Source: Iphione sp. A-MEVVRFRX5 | Taxonomy: Eukaryota | DNA: 64,000 nt | NCBI GenBank assembly: GCA_976226885.1 | Contig: OZ320323.1 | Span: 5,208,001-5,272,000 of the forward strand | Reading direction: 5' to 3' | In this document: positions 1-13,699 of the stretch, piece by piece | Numbering within the stretch: the first letter of the stretch is position 1 | Layout: every line of letters begins with the position of its first letter | The notes under the pieces: generated by a model | What the model was told of the DNA's origin: nothing | The model's input: the letters and a program-made list of their open reading frames with translations, nothing else | Databases searched by the model: none | Made by a program: the position numbers and the translations under genes

Positions 1-239
1 GGAAACATGATCTGGCAGAAGTCCTCTGCCTTCAACGAGTTTCAAAGAACTACTAGATGGCAGCACTGCATGGCTTGGGCCAGCCTCTGTGGTCAGCAAT
101 CTGCTAGGCTCACAGAATCCCCTGTTGACAGTGGCCAAAACACAGACCCACGTGGGTATATATAACTCCTATCAAAGGAGGAAGAGTGTTAAGCTTCCAG
201 GGGACCAGCCATGTATTGGTAGGAACCCTCCCACCCACC

Positions 240-730
240 CCCAGGCCAGCCCTGCTACACTACATTCAGAAGCGGGATGTGGGGCAGTGCACTAGTGTAC
301 TCTAAGAGAGATAGCATGGCTGAATCTTGCTTCCCTACATTCAGTAGAGGGAAGTGGAGTGGTGTACTAGTATAGTCCAAGAGAGAACCTTGCTACAGGA
401 CACTTAGTAGAGGGAGGTGGGGTGGTGTACTAGTGTGCCCCAAGAGAGATAGACCTGCTACATCACATTTAGTAGGGGAAGAGGGGTGGTGTACTAGTGT
501 ACCCCTAGAGAGATAGTGTGGCTTAACCCTGCTACACTACATTCAGTATAGGGAGGTGGGGTGGCGTACTACAGTACTCTGCGAGAGATAAACCCTGCTA
601 CATGTCATTCATTAGAGGGAGGTGGGGTGGCGTACTACAGTACTCTGAGAGAGATAGCATGGCTAAATCCTTCTTCGCTACATTCAGTAGAGGGAGGTAG
701 GGCAGTATACCAGTGTACTCCAAGAGAGAT
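240..730. repeat. Minisatellite, ~75-80 bp x ~6-7
   Basis: ccctgctacactacattcagtagagggaggtggggtggtgtactag recurs. Confidence 0.8.
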
Positions 731-939
731 AGATTGCCAAATCATATCATGACCTATGACACTTACCCCATTACAAATGTAAACAGTCCTAGTGTTGTTT
801 TGATGTGGTTATGCAATATGGCAGTTGGTCAATTGTGCCAAGATGCTGGAAGCATATATGCACAGAAGGGAAAGAAAGTAAAAAGTATTTGAGTGAGTCA
901 TAGTACCATGACTCCAGACATAATTTATTGCTCTATATA

Positions 940-1114
940 CAGTAGAAACTATTTAAGACCACCCCCTGGGACCGACCAAAAGTGGTCTTAATAGTGAGTA
1001 TGGTTGCAAATAGGTAATGTAAACCATAGAAATTAATACTTTCGTTTCCATCTAAAATGATCTGAAATAGAATTTGGTTGCAAATCGATGTGATCATAAA
1101 TAGAGTTTCAACTA
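940..1114. mobile_element. Degenerate Tc1/mariner-pogo-type MITE
   Basis: TA|cagtagaaact..tttaagacc left end, degenerate inverted copy at right followed by TA. Confidence 0.4.
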
Positions 1115-1749
1115 TATTTCTGAAATCACATCATGGCAAACTGATGGGCTGAGTTCCAGTAGTGAGTATGCATAATTACCTCTTTGGTACTCGATAAACA
1201 TGATAAACACCTGTATTCTCTTCTTTATAGAATAGGTATCGAACGCCATGCAGTATTAAAGTCCTATGTTATAATACTAATGCTATAAGCAACTATACGG
1301 AAACAATATTTTCTATCCTGTTATATGCTTTTGTATTCTTGAAAATTACTTACACTTCCTCTTGTTCATTAGATTTTGATATGCATCACCAGCTGAAAAC
1401 CCAGTTATTGTTGAAATGTACGAAGAAACAAACCAAGCTGACGATGCAGCTATAAGCTGCGACATGGAGGCTAGACATCCTAAACCCCTGCCATGACCAG
1501 TGGGTGGGGGGTCACTTGCGTAAGGCCGTCTTTCTCTGTGTACAAGTATGCACTGGTATGCACTGGGATGTGGAGGGTGTGCACGCTCCCGAACGATGTT
1601 CCATGAACCTTTCCATGTGTGCATAACCAAGACAATAGAGACCCCTAGAGTTGAGAATCAATATTACTAGGTAATTGTATCATGTTTCACGCCCATAGTG
1701 CATAAAATAAACACATATGGGTATAGTACACTAGACAAGTGACGGTAAA

Positions 1750-2062
1750 ATTCTACTTTACCGGTCCCGACCGGACAACTTTCGCCGTGGCTAAGCTGTC
1801 AGCTAGGCTAGGCTAACCCTAACCCTACCCCTTTGTTTATCTTCAATATAGCTAACCCTAACCCTAACCCTAACCCTAAAGTAAAATTGCTAGTTCTAAA
1901 TTGTGGGGGGTTACCCCCCACACCCCCCTTGGATATTAATTGAGATACACATAGTATGAAAATATTGGGGACTATTTTCTGTCAGCATAGGTATGCTACA
2001 GTCAGTGGTAGGGTGTGATGCAACTGGCGTATTAATTCGCGGCGGGACCGATAAAGTAGAAT
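1750..2062. mobile_element. MITE-like element with 20-bp TIRs enclosing interstitial (TAACCC)n
   Basis: attctactttaccggtcccg (1750-1769) versus reverse complement of 2043-2062, 19/20 identical. Confidence 0.65.
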
Positions 2063-5000
2063 AGAGCCACAAGTGACAGGTGCAGCCAGGGCTGCAAATG
2101 GAGGTCATATTCTTCCTCTATAATGTTGAAATAGTACATGTGAATTAATAGTTGCCAAGATATAGTTTTTCTCTTCACACTTCTCGTGTTTGCTAGCCTC
2201 AAAAAGAGACTTCCTTCATTATCACTCACCTAAACACACCTGGCTTGGCAGGGCGAAATCAAAACAAACCCAGGGTGAGAATGAGGCTAGCTCCCTTCTA
2301 AGGTACATTTTGTGTGATAATTAAAAATCTACTCATCATATACACTTAAAAACTTGAGAGAATGGTCCTATATGCCTGTTCTATTCATGCACATAAAGAA
2401 ATCTTTTTTGCAGGGTGATTTTAATTACTTTGATGGCTTTATTAACCCTCCTGTAGGGATATGTACGCACCGGAAGTACGCTTTTTTCGCGTACACACAG
2501 GGTATTATGGGATTCTCTGAAATGGCCTCAGTGTCTGCCAGCCATGGGGGGGTCCTCAGAGGTGGGGGAAGGACCGCTCCTGAGCCGGTTGACTGGCTGA
2601 GTGTCTGCCAGCCCTGGGGGGTCCTCAGAGGTGGGGGAAGGACTGCTACCGACGATGCCACCTCAGGACGCCTGTGGCGGCCGTGGGGGGGTCCTCAGGG
2701 ATGGGGGAAGGACTGCTAGTGACCGGGCTGACTTGCTGAGCGTCTGGTGGTCCCACCTGGTTCCCTCCCACTCTGGCCCCCTTCCCCTCGGGCGCTCGCG
2801 GTCACGGCAGGGTGATTGACGCTCCCACCCTGTTCCCTCCCGCTCAAGCCCCCTCTTCTCGGTCGGTAGCGCTGACCGTAGTATGAGTCACGTTCCCACC
2901 CAGTTCCCTCCAGCTCTAGCCCCCTCCCCCTTGGGCCCTCACAGCCACAGTCATAGCAGCATGATTGACACTCCCACCTGGTTCCCTCCCGCTCTGGTAG
3001 CCAGGCTACTCCTGTATGACTGACATGCACTTCGTCCCAATGCAAACTCCGCCCACCGTCATCTTTACCACTGCACAGCCCATAGACACCCCACGAAAAC
3101 TCCTTGGAACATCTTATCTCTACCATCACACAACACCTCACAAGCCGGCTCAGACATCAAAGGATTAGCCCCGCCCACCATGACTCATTTTACTCGCCTC
3201 AAATAATGGAGGTCAGCTATCCGCGACGACACTCCTACGTATCGCGGATATGACCTCCATTGATAACAGAGACCTCGTATTTCACATACTACTGGACCCA
3301 GTTTTGTGTGCGTGTAATCTACGGACCCATGGAAAGACCACCTAAAGGTGATTTTGATTAACTTCCCGGTAGTTCAAGGGGGGGGGGGTCTTGACTGGAT
3401 AACTTGATGTCCCTTAGTCAGAATTACCCCCCCCCCCCCACTATATGCTTGGCGTGCAAATAGCAACAAATCACATTTTTTCTCTGTTGTTTTATTTGTT
3501 TCCACAGACACTTTACATCTACAGTATTGTGATCCCAGCGCCATCGTGGTAACGACCTGACCTCTACGCACATTCATTGGTCTGGGTGGTGAGGTAACAC
3601 TTGTTACCCTCCTAGTTGGCCACCTGGTATTTCTATATTTGTACAAAGGCGACTGTGTACCTTCCACACGCCTGTATGGCTTACATGGTTCAAACCTAAA
3701 CAATCACAGGGTTACAGAAATGAGTTTGCCTCGTTTTCATGCCGTCCACCAGGGGTCGCAGATAATTTCATATCCTATCCTTGAATGAAATACCTTTTAT
3801 AATCACTGAAAAGCACGATAAGTTTCTGTTGACGGCGGTTGTTTTTTTAAGATCCACGCTATATATGATCTCAGACCTCTCACTGAGTAAAAAGCCTCTT
3901 TTTTCGACGAAAAAAAACAGGGGAAAAAATGATCCTAACAGTTGGCGCAGTCGATCTGAAAACAACAGCAAATAATACATCCTGGTAACTATGAAAGTAA
4001 TCGCAAAATACAAAAAGAAACCATATATCGACAAATTTGAAAAGAACAATCAAAGTGGATATATGAGTCAACTTATATATGTATTTATACATATATATAT
4101 AACTGCACCTCTCTCTCAGATACAATAACTGAAGCAAATATATATATATTATATATATATATAGTTGAAAGGGACTAGACAATAAATTCTAATTCAGGAA
4201 CAAAAGCCATGTGACCTTGCAGTGATCAGACAAGCCATGATTTTGGGATCCACGAGCAGACTGTCAAGGTGCTGACTAGACGAGGCCATCTGCGTCCCTG
4301 AAAGTCACTATTACCATGGTAGATTACCATGGCAATGGTAAATACCATTACCATGGTAATCTACCGTTATCTACTCACAGCGTTTTGTGGAAATATCTGG
4401 TTGGTGCCTATACTGGTTTTATGGAAGCCTCATTTTAATCACCTCTACATTCACATTTGTGTAGATTATTTTACAGTCTGTGCCAAAGAAATGGCCACGT
4501 CTCTCANNNNNNNNNNNNNNNNNNNNNNNNNNNNNNNNNNNNNNNNNNNNNNNNNNNNNNNNNNNNNNNNNNNNNNNNNNNNNNNNNNNNNNNNNNNNNN
4601 NNNNNNNNNNNNNNNNNNNNNNNNNNNNNNNNNNNNNNNNNNACCGATTTGTGTACCAGTCCTGGAGAATGCATTGCAGAAAAAATGTATTTAAGTGAGA
4701 AAAAAAAATTTGCCTTAGAAAATTCATTTATATAATATTTTGTTTCAAGAAACAGCAGGAAATGTTATTTCATACAGGCTAGTAGCTTTGTAGAATGAAT
4801 GAAAAAAATAACAAAATATGCATTTTTCGTTAATTTCTTAGGCACCAGCCTTTGGAAGAGTATAAATTATACATCAATAGAATGATATGTGGTAGTACAT
4901 GCCTAAAACACTCCCAAAAGTTTTTAATGATAATGACCCTATTTTGTCAAATACAAGTAAAATGGTATATTCTCGGGGACTGGTACACAAATTGGTGGAA

Positions 5001-5579
5001 TTTCCCAAATATATACATGTATATATACTCACACACGTTAGAATATTCACATCAGTACGCAAAGATATGAATCAAAATGTTCACGGACAGCAGTCCATTT
5101 AAGGAGCCCCGAATGTGTCATGGTGTTTGCAACAATGCAAAAGATAAATTACAGAGGCAACCTCGTTCATGGAAAAGAACACTTCCTTGGATGGGCTGCT
5201 CTCACTGTGTAGGAGACAGTCAAGGAGAAAAATGCTTTCTTGTACGGTCTACTCTCACTGTGAAGATGTTTAAGTCTTTATCCCATATTTGATTGCAAAG
5301 CATCGACAATAACGATATCGACTTGTGGATGTCTAACGAGCATCTAAACATGCAACAATCTGGAACCTTTGCAGACGTTCATGGTACAGACAAAGAAAAT
5401 AAATTCATAATAATATAGGAGTATTTTTTTTACGTTCCTTTGACTGATACCTATACACTGAATGCTACTAAAGTTTGTTGTCTCGCCCATCCATGAAGAA
5501 GACACCTAAACAAAAAACCTGGCCTTAGCTCATCTCTGGATTTGCAGTAGACCCGATTTTACAATCAAATTCTAAAGCT

Positions 5580-6130
5580 TTAAGATAAGTCACATTTCAA
5601 CATTGCAGCTTAATGTAGATCTAACTCAGCTAACCTTTGTTTTTTGTGACAGACATAACGATGATTTAACAAGAAGAATCTGTAACTTACATGTAATTTG
5701 TTGGGCATACGTCACATTCACACCTTGGCAGCTTGAACCTGATCTAACTCAGCTAACATTTGGTTTTGTGGCAGACATTATGATTTAGCAAGCAGACTCT
5801 GTAACTTACATGAAATTTGTTGGGCATAAGTCACATTCACATGGCAACCATTGCAGTTTAAACCTGATCTAATGCAACTAATGTTTGGTTTTGTGGCAGA
5901 CATTATGTTGAATTTACAAAGATTCTATACCTTAGATGTTATTTGTTGGGCATAAGTCACATTCACCCAAGATAACCTTTGCAGCTTGAACTGAGTCTAA
6001 CTCAGCTAATGTTTGGATTGTGGCTGACACTATGATTTAACAAGCAGATTCTGTAACTTGCATGTAATTTGTTGGGCATATGTCACATTCACCTAAGGTA
6101 ACCTTTGCAGCTTGAATTGAATCGAATGAA
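5580..6130. repeat. Minisatellite, ~120 bp x ~5
   Basis: gtcacattcac...gcagcttgaacctgatctaactcagctaa recurs. Confidence 0.8.
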
Positions 6131-6639
6131 GATTTGTTGTAGATAGTGATGAATGCGAGTGCAATGTCACATTCAAGCCGGATCACAACACGGACCTAAA
6201 ATCTAGACAGGAAGGTCCACATTGTGGCATTCTATGGTATCACTAATACCCAAATACATTGACAAAGTCTGAAATGTGTGGGTGCTCCTAAAGGGTTGGT
6301 TTGAACTGTACTGTTGATACATATACACTGTCTTTACTTGGGCACCCCCGCAGAGGATTAATAAGCATGAAGGAAAACCATAAACCCGTTCCATGAGGTG
6401 GGTGGGTGGCGAGGACCAGATATCGAGGCGCTGGACTTGTTAAGCCATTGATAGACATAGATATGGCCCTAGGACACAGTACAGAGGCAGCTAGGACAAT
6501 ACATCGATTGATCGAACCTGATTCTCCCTTGACTAAGAAAATCGTACTAAAACATGATAATGCCTTGACATAAACCTGTGTTTAAAAAGACTATTTATTT
6601 TATACAGTTTGCAAGAGAACATGTAGAGATCTATGAGAT

Positions 6640-7260
6640 GAGGTAAACAGAAAGAGACCAACACATGCAAGTTTAGTTGAGTTAAACAGAAATGAACCAG
6701 TCTGACATATACATGTACAGATTAGGAGTACTGGGACACAGAAATGACCAGTTGACCATATAAACAGGTTTCAGAGATGAGGGACACAGAAAATGAGCAG
6801 TCTGACACATTCAGGAGATGAGGGAAACAGAAACCACCTAACATATACAGGTTTAGGAGTAGTGAGAAACAGAAACTGATCAGTCTGACACATTTAGGGG
6901 ACAAGAAAAACAGAAACAGTCTAACACATACAAGTTTAGGAGTTGCAAGAAACAGAAACTGACCAGTTGGCCATTCACGAGATGAGGGAAACAGAAACAA
7001 CCTAACATATACAGGTTTAGGAGTAGCGAGACACAGAAACTGATCAGTCTGATACATTTAGGAGATGAGGGAAACAGAAAGCACCTAACATATATAGAGG
7101 TTTAGCGGTAAATGGGAACAGACCAGTCTGACACATTTAGGTGATGAGGCAAACAGAAACAGCCTCACATATACAGGTTTTCGAGATGAGGAACACAGGA
7201 ACTGACCAGTCTGCCACAGGTAAAGGAAATGAGGGAAACAGAAATGGACCAGTCTATCAA
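6640..7260. repeat. Degenerate purine-rich minisatellite
   Basis: gagatgagggaaacagaaac...cagtctgacaca recurs. Confidence 0.75.
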
Positions 7261-8329
7261 CTGAATGTTCTTAAAGACTTAATAAGGCATTGCATTTGAA
7301 AAGCTGAGCTTTCAGTTTAGTCTTTGTTAAATTCTTTCACCTCATGTAGATCCACTGATTTCACATGGGAGCGACTACCTGCCGGACTAAGTCTACATGA
7401 ACATATGGTCCAACTACCATGCCTACAACTAAGTTTCCTTCTGGTGAAACTATTACGATTGGATGCATAGATCTATAGAGGCTAGTGTTCTAACCCAATG
7501 GATCTATCCTTCAAAGGTCTACCAACACCAGTACAAAGACTTGACTCCACAAGAAATGACTACTTCCTTGAGACAGCATCAGTAGAAGCTGGTGGGTGGC
7601 CTGCTGCTGGAGTACGTATTTCAGGCAGACCTTACATATCGAATACAAAAATATTCATTAGTATCATGATCATTATCATCATCATCATGATCATCATTCT
7701 AGGTTACTAGAAACCACAAATACTATCACAGCACACTTCAAAATTCTATTCAATATCTCTCTATATATCATACATTCTCAGGAGACATTTCAACAGGCAG
7801 GTTAGGACATGTAAACATCGACTGTCACATGTACATACCTTACAGAGTCATGTCACCGCGGGCAACCAGTAGCAGTGCCCTAAATAATTCATGGTCCGAT
7901 TATCATTATGCAGGAACAGAATCAGTTTGTTGGACTGACTGAGAAAACAACAAGAACTAGCAACAGTTTTGTCGACTTTTTGGTCCTGTACTCCATCAGT
8001 AAGTGTTACCGAAACAAGAGGGGTCACATTCACTGAATGGGTCCTTGAAGTTTTAACAAACGTTACTTGACCTCATACATACAACATGACTCTAATACTC
8101 ATGACTGAGAAGTCCACATGGATAGACATGGTTATCAAATACAGCAGGGTGCATTGGATATGTCTGTGATCTTCCTAAACTCAAAATCACAAGCCGCCCC
8201 TTTTGTACATGAAATACTCTTGAAGAGCCATTAAGTCAAGCTATTCTTACCACATTAACATGCTGAATATCGCCTGGATGGCACCAGGATATGCATGTAC
8301 ATCAATGACCATCTTTGAAACCATGGTGA

Positions 8330-8880
8330 GGCATCATGTTATGACAAACTCAGGTGACCAAATTAATGTACATGATATACATGTATGTCAAATGCTACCT
8401 TCTAACCCATGATGCAGCAATGGTGCCCCTTTAGTATGCTAAATACTCTTGGAAGAACCATCACGCCATGACAAGCTGAGGCAACCATGTCAATGCACAC
8501 AATGTACATGTACGTCCATTGCTACCTTCTAACCCAAGGTGCAGCTCTGGTGCCCCTTTCATACACTGTATACCATTGGAAGAACCATCATGTTGTGACA
8601 AGCTCGGGCAACCATGTCAATGCACACAATGTACATGTACGTCCATTGCTACCTTCTAACCCATGGTGCAGCTCTGGTGCCCCTTTCATACACTGTATAC
8701 CATTGGAAGAAACATCATGTTGTGACAAGCTCGGGCAACCATGTCAATGCACACAATGTACATTGCTACCTTCTAACCCATGGTGCAGCACTGGTACTCC
8801 TTTCTTACACTGAATACCCTTGGAAGAACCATCATGTCGTGACAAGCTTGGGTGACCATGTTAATGCACTGAACATCACT
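8330..8880. repeat. Minisatellite, ~120-127 bp x ~4
   Basis: caaccatgtcaatgcacacaatgtacat...ttgctaccttctaaccc recurs. Confidence 0.85.
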
Positions 8881-9849
8881 CCCGTCATCAGGATGAACAT
8901 GCATGCCAGTGACCAGGTTTGAACCATCAAGGGAGGATTTAAGGAGGCCCTCATCACAGGTTGGCAACCCTCCTCTTGTAGACAAACCGTTGGACATCAC
9001 AGTCAGCCTGTGGGGTTTTCTGGGAGTTGGCATGTGACTGAAGTAGTGCATTCGACACAAAGGACTATCAGCCCAAACCCAAAGACTGAGTGTTTCAATG
9101 ATGGAGTCCCTGTCTGTAGAGTGACTGAGAGCATCACACTCAATATCCCATTTGAGCAGTTCATATAATGGTAACAAGACTGGTTGGGCTTCTCAGAATA
9201 AAAAACAAATTATTGCTTTTTTTTATGACACACTCGCCTTATACTGGCTTATAGTGGGTATCATTTGCAATCAAGTTCAGAGGAAATACCATTGAGATTT
9301 GATAGCGTCCCAGAATATTTGTCTTTTTGGTAAGGGTGATTTTGGTCATGTACAATTTATGTAAACGGGAAGAAATAAAAAGTTTGACTTGAGGATGAGC
9401 AACAGGGTCACACACCTAAGATGCTATAGACAGTGATCGTACCTGACTGAGACCTCACAGCTAACTACATTCAACTGTTGGTGTTGGGAGTTGTGAGAAG
9501 GGACTGCACACTATCACTCGCTTCTCTACAAGTTTAATTCACTTTTCCTGTGGCTATCCTGAAGTGTAAGCTACCAACGCTTATTGGATTCTTTGTTCTA
9601 GATGGAATAGCAGTTCCTCTGGCTGTCCCCTTATCACAATGCCTTGCCTGGATGGGGCTGCTATGTACATGGAATAATGTTCCTGCTTATGTACACTCCT
9701 CAGCCCACCGGTCCCTACTATGTACACATTTGCACAGTCCACATATTGAGTTGACGCCTCACAAATCACCACTAAAACTCAGGACCATAATACTCCCCAA
9801 AATGGAATCACTATTTACTTTAAAAATGTACACGTACTACAGAGGACAT

Positions 9850-10670
9850 CATCAGGTACTGACAGTTAGTGTTGGCAGACATTGACAGTCTACACTGACA
9901 CTGACAGTCCATACTGACAGCAAGTGACAATCCATACTGAGACTGCAAGACACCGAGGGACATTAAGTCAGTGCTGACACTGACACATACTGACATTATG
10001 TACTGACAGATGTTGACACCATGTGCTGACATTGACAGATGCAAACCATACTGACAGATACCGATGGTTTGCACTGAACTGAAAGCTAATGCCACACAAT
10101 GACGGGTACAAACAATCTGTACTGGCAGACAATGACAGATACGGACTGTCTGTGCTGACAGCGAATGACAGGTACAGACCGTCTATATTGCTAATGACAG
10201 GTACAGATAGTCTATATTATCAATGACAGGTACAGACAGTCTGTGTTGACAATGGCAGTTAGAGACAGTTTGTACTGACAGACAATGACAGGTACAAACC
10301 ATCTGTACTGACAGAAAATGACAGGTACAGACAGTCTACATTGCCAGTGAGGTGTACACACAATCTGTGTTGACAATAGCAGGTAGAGACAGTTTACATT
10401 GACAGACAATGACAGGTACAAACCATCTGGACAATGACAGGTACAGACAGTATGTACTGATAGACAATGACAGGTACAGACACTCTGTATTGCCAGTGAG
10501 AGGTACCGTCATTCTGTACCGACAGACAATGGCAGGTACAGACGGTCTGTAATGACAGACAATGACAAGTACAAACCATCTGTACTGACGGACAATGACA
10601 GGTACAGACAGTCTGGACTGACAATGACAGGTACAGACATTCTGTACTGACAGGCAATGATAGGTACATG
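9850..10670. repeat. Degenerate ~35-bp minisatellite
   Basis: gacagacaatgacaggtacagacagtctgtact recurs. Confidence 0.8.
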
Positions 10671-11529
10671 TCTATATATTCATCCTGTCCTTGGCTTCTG
10701 AATCGACAAGCCACCTAAGTCTTGGAATGATTCAACAAAAGATTTTCCTAACCATCTGATATGAATTTGTCTAAAAAAATATCTTTTTTTTCTTTTATAG
10801 CGATTATTATGTTTAACTTCAACACTTTCCATTATACTTCTCCCTCCGAGCTGACCCAGTTTACAGTCCTACTTCAATACAACACTACGTCCAATCAGCA
10901 TGATCGACACCATCTTTACAACTGCCTCTACAAGACTACAATAATGGATTCATAATATACCAAACCCTGCCACTCCCCCCCCCCCACAGTAGAGTGACAC
11001 TCTACCGCACACAGACTGCCTTGATCTGGTGTAAGACTTCCACCTTGACGTATTATGCCTTCTTTTAAGCACAGGATGAATTCCACTCACGGGACTAACC
11101 AAGTACACAGCGAGTAACTAATACTATAACCCAGGACTTCTGTGCGTGAGGCAGAACTTGGGGGTTTAATGAGGACTTCAAGCAAAAATAGTCTTCATAT
11201 AGTGACACTTTCCACAGTCAGGAGATTTTTTCCGATACGCTTGATGTGCGAATGCATGCTCTATTGTTTACCTATCTAGTCAGCTTCCGAAAGCCGCCTT
11301 CTCCTGCAAAGCACTGCTGTGTTTCTCTTCACTGATACTAGTGGAGGTTCTCAGTGATACACACCAACCTATGTGTACCCTCAACAAGTGGACTGGTTCT
11401 TGCTTGTATTGTTGAACAGGAGTTCCTGCTCTTTAAACCGCTGCTGCAGCTGCAGCTGTTGAGTCCCGCCTCATGCTCCCCTTGACTGCCAGGGGGCTGC
11501 TAAGTCCTGCTAGGTAGCACCTTTAACTA

Positions 11530-12365
11530 TCACGAGTAGGCTGGCTTGCCACGTGTTTGCCTCATTGTCTCTGAGGTGGTGAGTTCCTCCTGCAGCAGCT
11601 GGAGAGTGGCCAGCAGCGACTCCCTCTCCTGCTTCAAGCTGTGGATCTCTTCCTGTTGGTGTGTCAAGTCAGAGATCAGCTGGGCGTTCTCCCTCTGCAC
11701 AGCCTCTGCCATGCCTGCCTGGTCGCGCCAGTGGTCAAGCTGTCGCTGCATGCTGTCGGCAACATCCTGATGCTGTGGTGACCCCTGGGGGTGGGGGTGA
11801 TGCAGAGGGTACATGACCCGCCCATCCATGGTGGTGGCGATCTTCTCCAGCTGTCGTCGGAGCATGTTGTTCTCTTCCTGCAGGGCGGTGTGCATCTCCT
11901 GCTGGGCTGGCCTGCTCTCCAGCTCCTCCTCCACCTGTACAATGCGCTCCCGGAGAGCTGTGTTCTCCCGCTTGACTCGCTCCAATGATGCCGACTGTGA
12001 CTGCATCTGCCGTAATGCCTCCCGCAGTGCCTGTGAGTCCTGAGACCTGCCCACACCTCCACCAGGTGGCGTTCCAGGCCGCTGGTCATAGTTTCGCACA
12101 CTAGGGGGCGTGCCTGGTCTCTGGTCATGACTTCGAACGGCAGGGGGTGTTCCTGGTCTTTGATCATGTGTTCTGCCAACAGGGGGCGTACCTGGTCTCT
12201 GGTCATGGCCTCTGACACCAGGGGGCGTGCTTGGTCTTTGATCGTAGGTTTTGACACCAGGAGGCGTTCCTGGGCGTCCATCATACGGTCGAACCCCAGG
12301 GGGTGCTGCGGTGGCCATTTTGTGTTTTTCATATGCGGTTAGACCCTCCAACTCCCTGTTTAATG
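11530..12365 (-). CDS. BLTP3: BLTP3 last coding exon: 13-aa repeats plus coiled coil, TGA stop
   Basis: ccttttcag| acceptor, phase 1, joins ORF 11530..12351. Confidence 0.9.
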
Positions 12366-12555
12366 CTGAAAAGGATAATAACCATATTATAACTATCAGT
12401 TTTCTAGTGGAAGAGCAATTTTCTGCTCAACCATCGTACTAAGAAAATTGTGGTTAAAGAGTGTTCTTTAAATAAACTTTATACGGCAACATAAAATCAT
12501 AGTAGCAATCACTAATATATATATTCAAATGAAGTGATCAGTAAGAAAAGCTTAC

Positions 12556-12667
12556 CAGTTGAAACCCTGAAGACGCCATCATTGGCTCGAGTCAAGGCCA
12601 GTCTGTCAATGTGGAAGTCCAGGGGGACTGGTTCTGGTGACGTCATATGTGTCGGTGGAGCATCATT
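12556..12667 (-). CDS. BLTP3: BLTP3 exon 19 (NDAPPTHMTSPEPVPLDFHIDRLALTRANDGVFRVST)
   Basis: ccactgtag| ... G|gtaagc, 112 nt, phase 0 to 1. Confidence 0.92.
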
Positions 12668-12689
12668 CTACAGTGGAGAGAAGCACATA

Positions 12690-13080
12690 TACAATGAAAT
12701 CAAGGTCAAACTCAAGGACATACAAGTAACTCTAGGTCAAACAAGAAGAAGGACATACAAGAGACTCAACGTCAAAAAAGGGACATACAAGTAACTAAAA
12801 GTCAAAGATGTTCTAAAAAGACGTTCAATTAAATCCAAGTTAAACAACAAAAGGACATACAAGTAACTTTAGGTTAAACAAGAAAAGGACAATCAACTCT
12901 AGATTAAACAAGAAGAGGGTATTCAATTAACTCTAGGTCAAACATGAAAAGGGAGTTCAATTATCTCTGAGTGAAATATGAACAAGACATACAATGAACT
13001 CTAGGTCAAATAAGAAAAAGACATTGAATAACTTTAGGTTAAAGAAGAAAAGGACACAATGAATAAATCTAAGGCAAACT
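12690..13080. repeat. Degenerate ~35-bp tandem just upstream of the exon 19 acceptor
   Basis: aagaaaaggacatacaagtaactctaggtcaaac recurs. Confidence 0.7.
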
Positions 13081-13699
13081 CAACCGTCCAGAGAAGCACT
13101 CTTTGTTATAGTTTTGGCTATCTTTATATTTATATTTATTTACATTTTATCTTTGCTATAGTTTTGGCTACCTTTATACAATAATATAGTCCTCCCTCAG
13201 TAACCGAAGACCTCATGACCAACAAAACTTGTATATCCAACCATGAGAAATGCACACTCTCTCTCCTTCTTTAATAGGTTACCCGATATGTAACATATAA
13301 NNNNNNNNNNNNNNNNNNNNNNNNNNNNNNNNNNNNNNNNNNNNNNNNNNNNNNNNNNNNNNNNNNNNNNNNNNNNNNNNNNNNNNNNNNNNNNNNNNNN
13401 NNNNNNNNNNNNNNNNNNNNNNNNNNNNNNNNNNNNNNNNNNNNNNNNNNNNNNNNNNNNNNNNNNNNNNNNNNNNNNNNNNNNNNNNNNNNNNNNNNNN
13501 NNNNNNNNNNNNNNTTAGCACTTGATGGTACTGGTAGAAGGAAGGTATTGGTTAGTGCATGTGAGTGCCCTGTCAAACCTAGAAATCTCTAAATAAGGTA
13601 TGTATGTTGGTGAGTATTTTACTAAAAGAGTAAAATTGACATAATTTCCCCTTTAGAATAATTTAATTACTACCAAAATTACACAGTGCTATGGGCCCA

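Noticed and set aside
1395-1500. Terminal exon of a + strand neighbour gene (AENPVIVEMYEETNQADD...LP*), and likewise 7498-7710
   Set aside because: Protein-like but no recognisable homology and no linked exons; cannot be supported from sequence alone.
1814-1878. True telomere or chromosome end
   Set aside because: Only a few TAACCC units, internal to a TIR-bounded element.
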